Notes: generated from the letters alone by a model not told the origin. Positions 19,391 to 29,300 are shown, numbered from the stretch's first letter. The stretch: DNA of 56,374 nucleotides from a virus (IMGVR_UViG_3300027051_000027:1-56374), one strand, 5' to 3'. A program made the numbers and translations.

Positions 19391-20341
19391 CTACTCGGAC
19401 TCGATGCTCATGCCGTCGATGATGGCGATGGCATCAGGCTCCTCGATGATCACGTCGTCATCCAGGAACACCGAGTAGTACCGCATGTCGTTCATGACGG
19501 CCGATTTGCCCTCGGTGGCCTTACGGATGCGCACATCCCAGGTGTAGACATCGATGAAGTTCATCGGATCGGCGAATACCACCACGCCGTCTGCGAAAGA
19601 TGGAACCTTGACGATGGGATACCCCAGTGGCCGCGCCTGGGCGGCACCGAGAAGGACCGCGTCGCCGGCGCTGGTGGCGCGGCTGGACACGTATTCCTTC
19701 CAGGCATCGTCGGTGGACTCGTTCATCATCCAAGCCATGCGGCCGGCGCGGAAGTACTTGGCCGGGATGGCTCGTTTGGCCGCGAAGAAATGCGCCTTGC
19801 TGATGACGCCACCGTTGTACGCGGTGCCGTCCACGACGTGGGAGCTGGCGGTGATCTGCTTCAGCCAGCCGTCGTTCAGCTTGAGGAAGTCGTAATCCGG
19901 GTCACCCGGATCGGTGGCGGTATCTGCGTTCCAGCGGAGATCTTCGAGGTCGATCCCGAGCTGAGTGGTCATCATGCCCATCAGCTTGTCCTCGAAGCCT
20001 TCGTCCTCGATGTTGTCGTGAATGGTGTCCTCGGAGATCTCCCAGGGGAGCTTGAGCCGCACGCAGGTGTACTGCACCCGGCCAAAGTTGGCGCCGACCC
20101 GGTAGCCGTCGTCACCCTCCGGGCCCTCCACTTTGGCTCGAAGCAAACGCTGGCCGATGCCGAGCTTGTCGATCTCACCGGCTTTGGCGCGTTTCTTCTC
20201 CTTGCGATGGAGCTTGGAGAACTCCAGGGTGTCGAAGATCTGGACGTAGAACTGCTCAGCTTGCTCGGGTACGAGCAGACCGTAGGTCATATCGGTGGTG
20301 ACGATCTTCTTGATGCCTTGCGCTGCCTGTGCGGGATCCAT
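19391..20341 (-). CDS. Major capsid protein (HK97 fold)
   Basis: GLLVPEQAEQF, ISEDTIHDNIE, NDGWLK, IEEPDAIA; follows the protease/scaffold. Confidence 0.9.
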   Translation of the reverse strand: MDPAQAAQGIKKIVTTDMTYGLLVPEQAEQFYVQIFDTLEFSKLHRKEKKRAKAGEIDKLGIGQRLLRAKVEGPEGDDGYRVGANFGRVQYTCVRLKLPWEISEDTIHDNIEDEGFEDKLMGMMTTQLGIDLEDLRWNADTATDPGDPDYDFLKLNDGWLKQITASSHVVDGTAYNGGVISKAHFFAAKRAIPAKYFRAGRMAWMMNESTDDAWKEYVSSRATSAGDAVLLGAAQARPLGYPIVKVPSFADGVVVFADPMNFIDVYTWDVRIRKATEGKSAVMNDMRYYSVFLDDDVIIEEPDAIAIIDGMSIESE

Positions 20342-20482
20342 GGAGGGAACCTCACTTTCCGGAGGGGGTATGCGGGAGCAGGAATGGCAAAGGGCCCCAA
20401 TCGCGGGACCCTTTGCCGGGAGCTACTACTGTGGGGGGCGGGGATGACCTCGGGGTATCGATGCCCCGAGGTTGGGACAGGA

Positions 20483-21796
20483 CTAGAGGATGCCGGAGCC
20501 GGCCCAGCTGAACTCACCATCGGCGTTCTTTGCGACTGGATGAGCACCGCCTTCTTCAAGACCGGACTGGCGCTGGCCGGCAGCACTCTCCAGTTTGCCG
20601 ATCCGCTCCTCGAGGGGTTTGAGGCCCTCCTTGATGCCCTCGGCGATGGTGGTCTTTGTGACCTCATCGGCCGTCGGTTCGGCCGCGGCCGCCTCATCGT
20701 CGGTCTTGGCGACCGCGGCGCCCTCTTCCGCTGCCGGGGCGGGTTCAGTGGCGGAGTCCTCGAGCTTCTTGATCCGCTCCTCGAAAGGCGCGAGGCCTTC
20801 GGCCAGGGACTCGGTCACGGCTTTCTTTACGTCCTCCGGGGTCATTTCGGTACCTCCGTCTGTTGGGCCGGAAGCACCGGCCACTTTCCTTAGTGCGTCG
20901 CGGACCCACCCGAAGAGAGGCGGCCCGTCCGCCTTCGTGATGCTCCCGGGCATGTCGTTCGGATCCGCATCGGGGGTGGACTTCAGGATGAAGAACTTCT
21001 TGCCGTTGGCACCCTTGGTCACGCCGGAGACCTCCTGGATATCCATGCCCCAGAGCCAGTTAAGAGCCACGGTTGCCTGCGTACCATCGGCCGCTTTGGA
21101 AACGGTCGTCTGCTGGGTGCCCTCAGCGTCCGTGATGGGCGTGCGCATACCGAATCCGCCCACCGAGTACCCGGTGTACTCCCCTTTGGCGATCTTCTTC
21201 CACTGCTCATTGGGCCACTTGACGGCCAGGACCCATGAGCCCTTAAGGACGGTCTCAGGGCCATCAGCCGTCTCGACTACGAAGTCCACCGGGGCAAGAT
21301 ATGTCTCGATGATCTTGGCGCCGGCGACGGCGGATTTGTGCATGTCGCCTACCGTCTGCCAGCGCTCCATGAATCCGTGGGCGGCGAGCTCGACGTCCTC
21401 TGCCTTTACGCAGTCGCCCTGCAGATCGGCCTTCTTTGCGTCCTCGGTGGTCGGTTCAAGGACGACGCCATAGGAGATCTGGCGCATGTGCGGCGGGGTG
21501 TCGGCCTTCTCGACCGGCACCAGCATGCGGATGGATTTGGTGATGTCCGTCCAGGTCTGGGCGACCTCGGTCGCTTCTCCCAGGGTGACCGCGTTCTTCT
21601 CATCGATGGAGTACGGGATCTTCCACCACTTGTTCTGAGAGTAGTCGCGGACGATCACGAAGTCCTGATAGGTCTCGCTCACATACACATCGACCGAGCT
21701 GTCCTTGGTGCCCGGAGGGGCGCTGGCCTTCGCCTGTGCCTGGATGGCCGCAGATACCTGGTCGCGCCGCCATTCGAAACTACCCGGGGATTTCAC
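20483..21796 (-). CDS. XkdF-like prohead serine protease with C-terminal scaffold
   Basis: YGVVLEP, DLQGD, GDMH, KGSWVLAVK, GEYTGYSVGG; acidic coiled-coil tail; GGAGGTGA RBS before GTG 21796. Confidence 0.85.
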   Translation of the reverse strand: MKSPGSFEWRRDQVSAAIQAQAKASAPPGTKDSSVDVYVSETYQDFVIVRDYSQNKWWKIPYSIDEKNAVTLGEATEVAQTWTDITKSIRMLVPVEKADTPPHMRQISYGVVLEPTTEDAKKADLQGDCVKAEDVELAAHGFMERWQTVGDMHKSAVAGAKIIETYLAPVDFVVETADGPETVLKGSWVLAVKWPNEQWKKIAKGEYTGYSVGGFGMRTPITDAEGTQQTTVSKAADGTQATVALNWLWGMDIQEVSGVTKGANGKKFFILKSTPDADPNDMPGSITKADGPPLFGWVRDALRKVAGASGPTDGGTEMTPEDVKKAVTESLAEGLAPFEERIKKLEDSATEPAPAAEEGAAVAKTDDEAAAAEPTADEVTKTTIAEGIKEGLKPLEERIGKLESAAGQRQSGLEEGGAHPVAKNADGEFSWAGSGIL

Positions 21797-21809
21797 GTCG
21801 CTCACCTCC

Positions 21810-21839
21810 AAAAAGGAAGGGCCTCCTGGCGGAGGCCCT
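21810..21839 (-). terminator. Intrinsic terminator between MuF and protease genes
   Basis: 9-bp stem AGGGCCTCC/GGAGGCCCT, then TCCTTTTT on the - strand. Confidence 0.65.
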
Positions 21840-21869
21840 CGGTTCTTAGGTCCGGCTGCTTGCGGTCTG

Positions 21870-23828
21870 CTATATCCCGGCGACCACGAGGCCGGGGGCC
21901 CGTTTCACATCGGCCAGGCCATGCTCGTCGATTCCAAGAGCGGGGTCGTCGGTGACGCCCGGCTTGATCTTGCGGTCAGAGCACCGGCACAGAATCACGT
22001 TGGATGCGCTGGCGCCGAGCGACGTGTCGCCGGGATAGAGAAGCTTCTCAGATGTGCCCTTGGCGTTATCGACAGTGAAGGGCTCGTCGTAAGGAACGCG
22101 CTGCCCGGAAGCGGCTAGGTGCCAGGCCCGGACGCGCGAGTCCTTGCGCGATCGCCACTCATGCTCGCTGCAGCCGGCGTCAGCGCCCAGGTAGTAGGCC
22201 CCCGCGCGACTTGCGGTTATCACCTCGGTCCGGGCGATTCTCTCGGCTCGCGCAGAACCGAACGCCCTATCGAGGTGCCTCACCCGCTCGGCCAGCTGCT
22301 GAACGCTCTGCCCTTTCTCAAGCCCGTCAGCCAGAGTCTCAACGAGCGCCTGGTGGGTAGCGGTCGTTACCTGATCGACGACTCCCCGGATCTTGCGTGC
22401 GCGCAGCCAGTCGGCAGCCCCGGCCACAGCTAGATCCCAGCTAATCTGCCCGCCGAATGCCGATCCGCCGGTGAGCCCGGAGGCAAAGGCGGATGCCTCC
22501 TCGGCCGTGAAGGTCAAGCTGCCCCCCGACCACTGCATGCCCAGGCGCTCGTAGAAGCCGATTGCTCCCTTGGTCGGCTGATCGATCACCACGCCCAGGC
22601 CGCCTTGGCGGGCGATGGAGGCGATCTCCCCCATGACCCGGCGACCAATGCCGCCGCCGACGGGAGATGCTGGATTCACAGACAGACAGGTGACGACCAG
22701 GTTCTCGCCGGCCAGGCGATACTGAGCCACGGCAAGTACGGTGCCGTCAGCTCCTTTGGCTACCAGCACGGGAACGGTCGTGCCGGTGAACTCAACCGAG
22801 GAAAGGGCTACCTCGGCTAAGTCTCTGCGGGTGCCGGTCCAGCCGGAGACGTCCCGCAGGACGGCCGGCACCGAGGGAAGATCAACGGGAGCGATGCTTA
22901 CCTCCGGCCCCTGGAGCCAACCCACCCGGGACCAGGCTGGTCCAAGGACCGAAGGCGACTGCGCCAAACCTGACGCAGCCTGGGCGGCGAGCGAGAACCG
23001 CCCTTCCGTCTCGGCGGCGAACCCGAGACCCTCAAAGAAGGCACCGGCCTCTGCGGGGGCTTGCAGGGCAATGCCCTTTCCGTTTCTAGCGGCCACGGCC
23101 GCCAGCTCGCGCACCAGCTGAACACCGGTTCCAGGAACCTCGGTCTCAAGCGCGCCTAGATGGACTACGTCAAGGGCCGAAGCCCCGATGCGATAGGAAA
23201 CCGCCGCCACCAGTCGGCCGGCGCCGTCGCGCAAGGCAGCGCCGCGGAGACCTGCGCTCCCGGCTCGGTCGGCGATGGCCTGATAGATGGCTCGTGCCGC
23301 CGCGTTCCTGGAGGTCTTCCAGGCCGCGATCTCCCGGGCGAGCGCCTGGGCTTGAGGCTGGGTGACGCCGGCAAATCCCGGGGGGAGCGCCCCGGTGGCG
23401 GTCCGCGCTGCCATCCCGCCGGTGCCCACCGCCTCCTCGAGCGAGTCCCCCAGGGCCGAGGCGAGCTCGCGCGTATCAACCTGGAAGCTTTGGGTCTCCT
23501 GGTTCCACCATTCCCGGCGGACCGTTACCCCCTCCAGCCAGAAATGGTGGGTAAGGACGGTCTCGGGGGGAAGGTCTTTTGCAGCCCCCTTGGCTATGGG
23601 GGCAAGAGCGGGCGGATGCGAGAGGATGTAGGCGACATACCGATCCCTCTGGGCTCGCAGGAGTCCGGTCAAGGCCTCCTTGAGATCCACCATCTGAGCG
23701 GCCATGGCCGCCGGGGCGGGTAGGCCGTGGCCTTTGGGTAGACCGGCGAGAAGCCAGGCTTCGGTGTCAATCTCCCTGGCTTTGCGGACCACCCGGCGGC
23801 ACTGGGCGGAAAGAGCGTCAAGCTTCAC
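21870..23828 (-). CDS. MuF/SPP1 gp7 head morphogenesis protein with two inserted GNAT domains
   Basis: MuF motifs RAERIARTE, W...DSRVR..H, YPGD, CRC; two GNAT repeats (PGTGVQL...AFFEGLGF; GGIGRRV...GFYERLGM). Confidence 0.85.
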   Translation of the reverse strand: MKLDALSAQCRRVVRKAREIDTEAWLLAGLPKGHGLPAPAAMAAQMVDLKEALTGLLRAQRDRYVAYILSHPPALAPIAKGAAKDLPPETVLTHHFWLEGVTVRREWWNQETQSFQVDTRELASALGDSLEEAVGTGGMAARTATGALPPGFAGVTQPQAQALAREIAAWKTSRNAAARAIYQAIADRAGSAGLRGAALRDGAGRLVAAVSYRIGASALDVVHLGALETEVPGTGVQLVRELAAVAARNGKGIALQAPAEAGAFFEGLGFAAETEGRFSLAAQAASGLAQSPSVLGPAWSRVGWLQGPEVSIAPVDLPSVPAVLRDVSGWTGTRRDLAEVALSSVEFTGTTVPVLVAKGADGTVLAVAQYRLAGENLVVTCLSVNPASPVGGGIGRRVMGEIASIARQGGLGVVIDQPTKGAIGFYERLGMQWSGGSLTFTAEEASAFASGLTGGSAFGGQISWDLAVAGAADWLRARKIRGVVDQVTTATHQALVETLADGLEKGQSVQQLAERVRHLDRAFGSARAERIARTEVITASRAGAYYLGADAGCSEHEWRSRKDSRVRAWHLAASGQRVPYDEPFTVDNAKGTSEKLLYPGDTSLGASASNVILCRCSDRKIKPGVTDDPALGIDEHGLADVKRAPGLVVAGI

Positions 23829-25341
23829 GAGCTCGGCCCTCGCGGAGGACCTCGATCAACGCTTCGGTAGCCGCCTCGGCCGCCTTGACCCCTTCCGCCT
23901 TGGCAACATCAGCCGGGATCTCCTCGATGCGATCGATGATGTAGCCGAGGTTGGCGGCCATGGCGGCGAACTCCCGGTGCTGGGGAGCCAGGCTCTTATG
24001 AACCGGAGGGGTCCCGGGGATCTGCGAGCCAAATGCGGCCGGGGTTATGGTCTGCTCAAACGGAGCCTGGCCCCAGTCCTTAAGTGCCGGATCGGTGATC
24101 GCGCCGGTGTCCGGGTCGATGCCGGCTTTCCCCATGCCGAAGAGCTCGCGCACGTCGTTGTTGGTCATGGCCGGCATGTAGTAGGAGCGGGTGCGAGCTA
24201 TCTGCTCCTCGTCTTCTAGACCCATCTCCTCGAACTTAAAGAGCACGGGAAGATCAGCGCCAAACTCGTCTTCAAGTAGCCACTGGATGCGAGACTCGTA
24301 GCGTTCCTGATCCGGTTTGATCACCTGCTCGCGGAAGGTCTTGTCCTGATCGGTGGTATTCGAGCGATTGGCGTCCTCGATGATGGTGACCTTCGAAGGG
24401 CTCACCCGGTGCGACATCATCACCGTGTCCCGACACCACTTGCGATAGGCCATGAAATCCGCGTCGGTGCGCGAATCGACCGTGAGTTTCTCGATCTTGA
24501 TCTTGGCTTGACCGGTCTCGGTCTGCAGAAGCAAGGTCTGGTGGGCTTGTCCCTTGACCCCTTCTTTCAGGTAGGTAAGAACGTAGGCCTTGGTCTCCGC
24601 GTCCAACGTGCCGCCCTCCACCAGGATGGCGATCCGGGGCACGGCGTTATTTTGGAAGAACTGGACCTGGTAGAGCTGAGCGGCCTCGTCTCCCAGCATG
24701 TCACCCAGAGCGGGCACGTGATCAGGGAGCGGATAAAACGGGGAGTCAGGAGCGTCCTCGCCGATCACCAGGATCTCGTTTGAGCCCTCAAACGCCGCCG
24801 GGTCCTTGGTGTCCTGGGCCGCCAGGCCGTACTCCCGGAAGTACACGTACTTGCCGTTTACCTTCTGCACCCAGCCGTCTCGATCGATGCGGCGGCGCAA
24901 GGTGTAGGCATGCACGTGAAAGAGGCCGTCGATCTGCCCGCGTCCGTTGCGGGTTATCTCAAGAGCCGCCCAGCCTACGGCCTCCTCGTCCTTGCGTGCG
25001 CTGGTGAGTACCTCGGTGAACGTCTTGCGATCACGGCGGGCAAGAAGGTTCAGGAAATCGTGGAGCAGCTCGGAGTACTCGGCCACCTGCTCCTCGTCTT
25101 CGCCCTTCTTGGCCTCGAATCGCCACCCCAGGCCCACGCAGTTGGCGGTCTTGGCATCCACGCAGGCTTTGTGGGCCACGTTGCGGGAGTAGAGCCGGGC
25201 CAGGACCACCGGGTCGACGATAGGAGACGCGCACCTATGCTCGTCGTAGCGCCACTCGCCCTCATTGAGCTGACGGGAGCGACCCTCGCCTGCCTCGGGC
25301 GCGCGCAGAATCTCGGCTGTCACCTTCACCGGTTCAGCCAT
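23818..25341 (-). CDS. Portal protein (PBSX-like)
   Basis: GWAALEITRNGRG, FFQNNAVP, SHRVSP; between TerL and MuF. Confidence 0.9.
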   Translation of the reverse strand: MAEPVKVTAEILRAPEAGEGRSRQLNEGEWRYDEHRCASPIVDPVVLARLYSRNVAHKACVDAKTANCVGLGWRFEAKKGEDEEQVAEYSELLHDFLNLLARRDRKTFTEVLTSARKDEEAVGWAALEITRNGRGQIDGLFHVHAYTLRRRIDRDGWVQKVNGKYVYFREYGLAAQDTKDPAAFEGSNEILVIGEDAPDSPFYPLPDHVPALGDMLGDEAAQLYQVQFFQNNAVPRIAILVEGGTLDAETKAYVLTYLKEGVKGQAHQTLLLQTETGQAKIKIEKLTVDSRTDADFMAYRKWCRDTVMMSHRVSPSKVTIIEDANRSNTTDQDKTFREQVIKPDQERYESRIQWLLEDEFGADLPVLFKFEEMGLEDEEQIARTRSYYMPAMTNNDVRELFGMGKAGIDPDTGAITDPALKDWGQAPFEQTITPAAFGSQIPGTPPVHKSLAPQHREFAAMAANLGYIIDRIEEIPADVAKAEGVKAAEAATEALIEVLREGRAREA

Positions 25342-25344
25342 GGC

Positions 25345-27030
25345 CTACCCCAACACCTCGGCCGTCACCCGGCCGACCGAAAGGCGCCCCAGGGCGATCT
25401 CGGCGTATGAGTCGGCATGGGCGAAGTGATCCGGGCCCCGCTTGATCCAGCGCGCCTGCTTTCGTCCGGTCACCGGGTCCTCCTCGATCGAGCGCAGGAT
25501 GTTGGTCATCTGCTGGGCGTAGTTGGTCATCTCATCCTCGATGCGCGGTAGGCGCCGCCGGCCCAGCTTGTGGGCATCGCGCCAGGCATCAAGCGCCTCG
25601 GTGCGATTGACGTTCACGGTCTGGGCGCTCTCGGCGTCATACCCCCAGGAGACCCGCCCCTTGGCGTTGCCGTAGTAGCTCAGCCACACCCGGCCGCGAA
25701 AGCGGCCGGCAAAGGCCCGGGCGGCGTGGGTATTGGGTAGGGCGTCTATCACGCACGCCCGCACGTCAAAGGCGGCCATGAGGTGATCCAGATGGGTGAA
25801 GGTGGCGTCGGTGCGAGGCTCGTGGTAGGCCCGGACGACAAAGACCAGGCCCGACTCGTGCGGTTCTTTGACCACCACGTGCAGGCCGTTACCCTGGTCC
25901 ACGCCCATGACGCATCCCTTGCCCCGTTCGGTCATGCCGTAGGGGCCGACGAGCTGCAATAGGTCCTGCTCGGTCAGTCCACCTTCGGCGGCCAGGTAGG
26001 GAAGGCCGAGCTCTGAGTTGTAGAACTCGGCCGGGAACTTGGTCTCCTGCCATTCCTTAAGAAGCGCCGAGGGCTTGGTGTGACAGCCTCGCTCCCGGTC
26101 CTGCTGACTGACAAGGACGCTGATGAGCTTCGAGATGTGGTATCCGCGCTTGGGGCGACCCGGGTGTTTGGCCACCCATTCACCGCGAGCCGGATTGAGC
26201 CAGCGGCTGCACTTCAGGCAACGCAGGCGCTCCCAACCCGGTCTGCCCTTGATGAAGATGATCTCCTGCCGGGGATCCTGCGGGGATCCGTGATGCTCGA
26301 GGAAGAGGTCCTCCAGACACCACCAGGAGTCGCAGCGATCGCAGTAGAGAAGCCAATGGTGCTGGTCGGTTTCCTCATAAGCGGCGTCTATGCCGTATCC
26401 GGGAAGCGACGGGGTAGATACGTCAAGCTCCCAGCCCCAGCAAGAGTGGCCCAGGCGCTTGCGGGCAAGGGCCACGTTGGCCGGCACCATCTCATCAAGC
26501 TCGTCAAAGACCAGGAAGTCAGCCGGGACGCTCTTCATCCGGGTGCGACTGTTGGTGCCTCGGAAGTAGATCGAGCCGCGCCCGATTTGCTTGAGTCCCG
26601 CGGTATCGGTGTCGCGCACCATGGTGCGTAGGTAGTCCGAGTCGGCCACCGCCGGCGCGAATCGGTCTCGGGAAAACTCCCCTACGTCGTTATCAGACGG
26701 GAAGAAGTAGATCGTTCTACCCCCGTGGGCTACGCAGAAGTGAAGCGCCCGGGAAATCGCATACTCGGACGCTCCCATCTGGGCGGCCTTGCGGATGACC
26801 ATGGTGGCGGACTCATCGGCGTAGATACGCCTGAGGTACTGGTGACCAGGGAAGCCGAACTTCTGTCCATCGATCAGGCGAGCGGCTGGGGCCCACTCAA
26901 TGAGACGCTTCGAACCCCGGCGGGAGTTGGTCAGGGCGTGGATGCATGCAAGACCTTGCCCAGTCGTCCAGATCGGCGTTGAGCCGGGCGAGCTCGCGCT
27001 CGACATCGGCCGGGTTGTCGTCTCCTCCAT
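25345..27030 (-). CDS. Terminase large subunit (GpA-like)
   Basis: Walker A RKAAQMGASE, Walker B LVFDELDE, VSTP, CxxC pairs, nuclease MGVD...DH; RBS GGAGGAGGAG before ATG 27030. Confidence 0.9.
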   Translation of the reverse strand: MEETTTRPMSSASSPGSTPIWTTGQGLACIHALTNSRRGSKRLIEWAPAARLIDGQKFGFPGHQYLRRIYADESATMVIRKAAQMGASEYAISRALHFCVAHGGRTIYFFPSDNDVGEFSRDRFAPAVADSDYLRTMVRDTDTAGLKQIGRGSIYFRGTNSRTRMKSVPADFLVFDELDEMVPANVALARKRLGHSCWGWELDVSTPSLPGYGIDAAYEETDQHHWLLYCDRCDSWWCLEDLFLEHHGSPQDPRQEIIFIKGRPGWERLRCLKCSRWLNPARGEWVAKHPGRPKRGYHISKLISVLVSQQDRERGCHTKPSALLKEWQETKFPAEFYNSELGLPYLAAEGGLTEQDLLQLVGPYGMTERGKGCVMGVDQGNGLHVVVKEPHESGLVFVVRAYHEPRTDATFTHLDHLMAAFDVRACVIDALPNTHAARAFAGRFRGRVWLSYYGNAKGRVSWGYDAESAQTVNVNRTEALDAWRDAHKLGRRRLPRIEDEMTNYAQQMTNILRSIEEDPVTGRKQARWIKRGPDHFAHADSYAEIALGRLSVGRVTAEVLG

Positions 27031-27493
27031 CTCCTCCTCCAGGCTCAACCGAACGCCACCTGGGTAGATTCGAGCCGGCGTAGAGCCCGAGGAGCTTGCA
27101 GCGCTCGCGCACGCACTTCATCACCCCGTCGAGGAACATGGGATTGCCCACCTGACGGCGCTTGCGCACCCACACCTCGCGCCCTTCCGCCGTCTCACCC
27201 TTCTGCTTGCTCATGCTGGTCTCATCATCAGCCTTTGATGCCAGCCAGGCCTGCCAATACTCCTGTTCGGCCACGATGAGCGTGGCTAGTTCGCGGACCG
27301 CCCAGTCGTGGTAGTCAAGGTCGGCCGACTCCTGCCAGCGCTTGCTCAGAAACTGGAGATCCCGGGTGATCTGGGAGGAATGCACACCGAGGGTTTCCGC
27401 GATCCTGGCGATAGGCTGGCCGGCCTTATACAGGCGAGCCACCTCAGGCAGGCGCATCTCCCGGATGACACTGGTTCTTCGGATGTGAGCCAT
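26897..27493 (-). CDS. Terminase small subunit-like HTH protein
   Basis: N-terminal HTH (IAETLGVHSSQITRDL), ERCKLLGL; directly upstream of TerL. Confidence 0.7.
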   Translation of the reverse strand: MAHIRRTSVIREMRLPEVARLYKAGQPIARIAETLGVHSSQITRDLQFLSKRWQESADLDYHDWAVRELATLIVAEQEYWQAWLASKADDETSMSKQKGETAEGREVWVRKRRQVGNPMFLDGVMKCVRERCKLLGLYAGSNLPRWRSVEPGGGDGGDDNPADVERELARLNADLDDWARSCMHPRPDQLPPGFEASH

Positions 27494-27496
27494 GGG

Positions 27497-28723
27497 TCAG
27501 CCCTCCAGAAGCGTGGGCATGGCGCCCATCTGACTCAAGCGCTCGAGAGTCACGGCCACATACTTAGGATCGAGCTCGCAGCCGAAACCAGTCCGCCCGG
27601 TCTGCTCGCACGCGACCAGGGTCGAACCCGACCCGCAGAAGGGATCAAGGACCGCGCCCCCGGCCTTGGCGCTGTTTCGAAGCATGGGAACAATGAGCTC
27701 CGGAGGCTTCATGGTGGGGTGCTCCTCCGAACGCCGCGGTCTGGGCACCGCAAAGACCGTGCTTTCCCCATGGCCTCCGTACCACTGAGTGCCGGCATGA
27801 TTGCCGCGGCCCGGGCGTCCCTGGCCGGGGACAAATCCGTAGAGAACGTCCTCGTGCTGGTAGTGGTAGTCGGAGTGCCCGAGCACGAAGGCGTCCTTCA
27901 CCCACACGAGTACCTGATGGAGCTTCCAGCCCGCGCGTGCGATCGCCAGGCGAAAGACCGTGCCTTGGGGCCCGGCCGGAGCGGCGATGTAGAAGCGGGC
28001 GCTGGGAGACAAGGCCGCAGCTACCGCGCCCAGGGCGGCCTCCAGCAAGGTCGCCAGATCATCGGCCCCGTCGTTTTCGATGGTGAGCGCCGCCTTGGTC
28101 TTGCCCACGTAGCTGACCCCATAGGGCGGATCGGTCCAGAGCACGTCGGCTCGCCGGCCGCCCATGAGGCGCCCAAGGACAGCGGCGTCGCGGCAGTCCC
28201 CGCAGGCCACTCGATGAACGCCCGCCGCCCACAGCTGCCCGGTCTCGGTTCCCCACCGCTCCCTGAGTTCCTCGGCCTTGTCGATCTCAGCGCCGGGGTC
28301 CTCGGGCGAGGCGCTTGCCATCTGGCTTTTCAAACGCTCGATGGCCGGCTCATCGAAGATGCCGGAAAGGTCGAGCCCGGCGCGAAGGTCGGCCATCATC
28401 TGCTCGCTATCCCACGAGAGCCCGAGCTCGCCGGCGCGGTTGTCCAGATAGGCCAGGCGCCGGGCCCTCTCCCCTTCCGTAAGTGACAAATCGGTGCGCT
28501 TGACCACCACCAGCTCGTCACCGACGGTCTCAACCACCCGAACGGTGAGTCCCAGCTTGCGGGCCGCCTCGAGCGTCTTGTTGCCTGCGATCACCGTCCC
28601 TTCCCGATCGGCCAGGATGCTTCGACCGGCTCCGCACTCGCTTAAGCTCGCCTCCACCAGGGCCCGGCCCTTCTCGGTGCCCTGGTTTGCGTTGGCCGGA
28701 TCGGGAATGAGCCTGTCGGTCAT
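27497..28723 (-). CDS. ParB-like domain + N6/N4 DNA methyltransferase
   Basis: LIPDPANAN...VIAGN N-terminus; TDPPY, HPTMKP, VLDPFCGSGST. Confidence 0.9.
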   Translation of the reverse strand: MTDRLIPDPANANQGTEKGRALVEASLSECGAGRSILADREGTVIAGNKTLEAARKLGLTVRVVETVGDELVVVKRTDLSLTEGERARRLAYLDNRAGELGLSWDSEQMMADLRAGLDLSGIFDEPAIERLKSQMASASPEDPGAEIDKAEELRERWGTETGQLWAAGVHRVACGDCRDAAVLGRLMGGRRADVLWTDPPYGVSYVGKTKAALTIENDGADDLATLLEAALGAVAAALSPSARFYIAAPAGPQGTVFRLAIARAGWKLHQVLVWVKDAFVLGHSDYHYQHEDVLYGFVPGQGRPGRGNHAGTQWYGGHGESTVFAVPRPRRSEEHPTMKPPELIVPMLRNSAKAGGAVLDPFCGSGSTLVACEQTGRTGFGCELDPKYVAVTLERLSQMGAMPTLLEG

Positions 28724-28890
28724 CGCGCCGGCGTCTTTCGGGGCAGGCGAACGGGATGGGAGCGTGCCTTGGGCACGCGCGGGGTCTCGCGCATCATCTG
28801 AAGGAAATCCCGACGCGCACACGCCTCGGCCGCCGCTACCGAGGAACACTTGGCCCCACACACCGTGCACTTGTGGAGAGGGGCGTGCAT
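28720..28890 (-). CDS. Small Zn-binding hypothetical protein
   Basis: CTVC...AEAC, GGAGG RBS, ATGA overlap with the MTase. Confidence 0.5.
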   Translation of the reverse strand: MHAPLHKCTVCGAKCSSVAAAEACARRDFLQMMRETPRVPKARSHPVRLPRKTPAR

Positions 28891-28997
28891 GAGGCGATGG
28901 CCTCCTTCCAAAGGGGAAGGTGCGAGGCAGGGCGGGGGCGGGATGCGCGAGCTCCTCCGGCGCGACCGGAAGGGGTCAGTCGATCAGGCCTGGAGCT

Positions 28998-29300
28998 TCA
29001 CTCTTCGAACCAGAAGGTGATGGAGTCCCGAGGGCAGGAGTAGCGCTCCGCGCACCACCCGCGCAGATCTTCGATGCGTATCCCGAATGTTGCCCGAAAG
29101 ACTTGGGGCTCAGGCCCGCCGTTGACGCAGGTCCTGATGGTCTCGAGCTTGAAATCGCTTCGGTGGTCCCCGAACTGGATCGTCTCCACGAACCCCTCGA
29201 AGTCCTTGCACCGAAACCGCGTCCCGGCCTGTTGTCGGGTCGCGATCTCTTCAGCGTCTTCTTTGGTGACGTCGACCATCAGGGCTCCTCCGCTGGTCAC
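28998..29300 (-). CDS. Hypothetical protein, first late-operon gene
   Basis: About 100 aa; GGAGGAG RBS before the internal ATG (MVDVTK). Confidence 0.55.
   Translation of the reverse strand: MTSGGALMVDVTKEDAEEIATRQQAGTRFRCKDFEGFVETIQFGDHRSDFKLETIRTCVNGGPEPQVFRATFGIRIEDLRGWCAERYSCPRDSITFWFEE

Noticed and set aside
27497-28723. ParB-MTase as a novel system
   Set aside because: This fusion upstream of terminase is common in temperate phages.
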